Shown in pieces: positions 62,561 through 64,000 of a stretch of DNA of 64,000 nucleotides (its first letter is position 1; each line of letters opens with the position of its first letter). The position numbers and the translations under genes are program-made. The DNA comes from Isurus oxyrinchus (taxonomy: Eukaryota): the NCBI GenBank assembly GCA_026770705.1, contig JANJGN010000055.1:2790001-2854000 (forward strand), given 5' to 3'. The notes below the pieces were generated by a model. That model searched no databases and was not told where the DNA came from. It saw only the letters and a program-made list of their open reading frames with translations.

Positions 62561-64000
62561 CTTAAAGGAAAATGTTATTATTGCACAGAAACAAAAGAAG
62601 ATCATCAACATTTCAGATCATCAACTGACTGCCAGTGGGATTGGCAGAGCTTGGCCACCACGGGTTCCTGCAACAGTCTAGGCTTTGGCTTTTGGAGATC
62701 CCCACGATTATGTGGATGATTAAAGTGCGACGGGTAATGGGTTACGTCACTGAAATCAACAAATGAAGCTCTTTCACAATTGAATTTAAAAATCCATTGT
62801 GCTTGCAAGGTTTACACTAACATTCTTGAACACTGAAGTGATGAGCCATAGGTTAACGAAGTATGCAATAATACAAAAGCGGGAAGTTGAAGTTAAAATC
62901 ACACCGAGCTATCGTTGGTGAGCGACCCAAACATAAGCAGAGTGCTGAGTTCAGTGTGTGAAGCTGAAGAGACATCAAAACGTTGATTCAATATACTTCT
63001 GTTTTGTGTACTAAACAATGCCCCAAGCATGCATTGCTTGATTGCATTAAAGCTGAAATATTTACATTATTGATAATTTCACTGTTAATAAATATCCAAC
63101 AATGAAACATTTTAACAGCAAGTCTGTTCTTATTTTCCCATCTATCATGTTAAATTAAACGGCGCCTGTTCAGATGTTTCCTCAGAAGAACAACACGTTT
63201 CTCAAATGTGACTTTTTTATTCGTTCATGCAGTGTGTGGGTCAACATTTATTGCCCATTTATTGCTCAGGGTCTGCCACATTGTTGTGGGTCTGGAGTCA
63301 CACCTTCTCTGAAGGACATTAGTGAAGCAACCGGCTTCTTGTCACAATCGGCAACGGTTTCATGTTCATCATCAGACTTTTGATTTAAGATTATTCTGCA
63401 GAATTTATTTTTCACCATTTGACTTAGCGAGATTCGAACCCCATTCCCCAGTACATTGTCCCAGGTTTCTGAAGACTAAGTAAGTGAAAGCGTCGCGTGT
63501 CATTCCTTAATCTTAAAATGATGACAACAGATGCAATTGATGGATCAATTAAAACACTTTATTATTTCACCCTAGAACTGAATATTGTTGCTGGGTATGC
63601 TGAGGCCTTTCGAAAGGTACAGTCCATGGATTGTTACTTCCCCGTTTCATACGCAAAGATTAAGGTTAATATTACTTTAAAAGAAAGGAAAATCACTATA
63701 GCTTGAACGCAATAGAGGAAAGTCTGATCAACCTTTTTTTTTTTACAGTGCCTGTTATGGAGATTAAAGTATTTAAAGTGAGCACTAAGCCAGATCTCCT
63801 CAGGATCATTTACTTACCACGAACTATATTATGTTTTCATCCTCCGTCCGCTCGTTTAATGAATTTCACACTTTAGAACGAGGTTCAGCATTTTATTTAT
63901 TAGTTATGGTCTTACATTGCAACCGCTCTTTTGAACATTTCAGTCATTCTTGATGCTTCCTTAACATAGTTTCGCTTTGCAACTGACGCAGATGCCTCAG

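Overview
Vertebrate genomic DNA, almost certainly from a shark (inferred from the repeat families and the receptor family). The window holds a cluster of GPR139/GPR142-like class A GPCRs: two apparently intact two-exon genes facing tail-to-tail (16999-18395 +, 36089-34692 -) and a third, 5'-truncated pseudogene (about 52840-53575 -). They are interleaved with three paralogous blocks of dead tRNA genes (Thr-Lys-Thr[-Ser] modules) and scattered Asp, Val, Glu and Ser relics, about 18 tRNA pseudogenes in all. The rest is mostly retroelements: a near full-length CR1 LINE, many CR1/L2-group fragments, Penelope-like (GIY-YIG) elements whose terminal repeats carry minimal hammerhead ribozyme cores, a probable solo LTR and SINEs, plus 46-bp and 24-bp minisatellites. 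Unexpected items: intronless internal fragments of EEA1 and RABEPK mRNAs; a 39-bp tandem/inverted array of hammerhead cores; and a decayed ORF abutting the third GPCR that by eye resembles the cap-snatching endonuclease of an arena-/nairo-like RNA virus L protein (candidate endogenous viral element, unconfirmed). All homology calls come from remembered sequences compared by eye; repeat boundaries are approximate.
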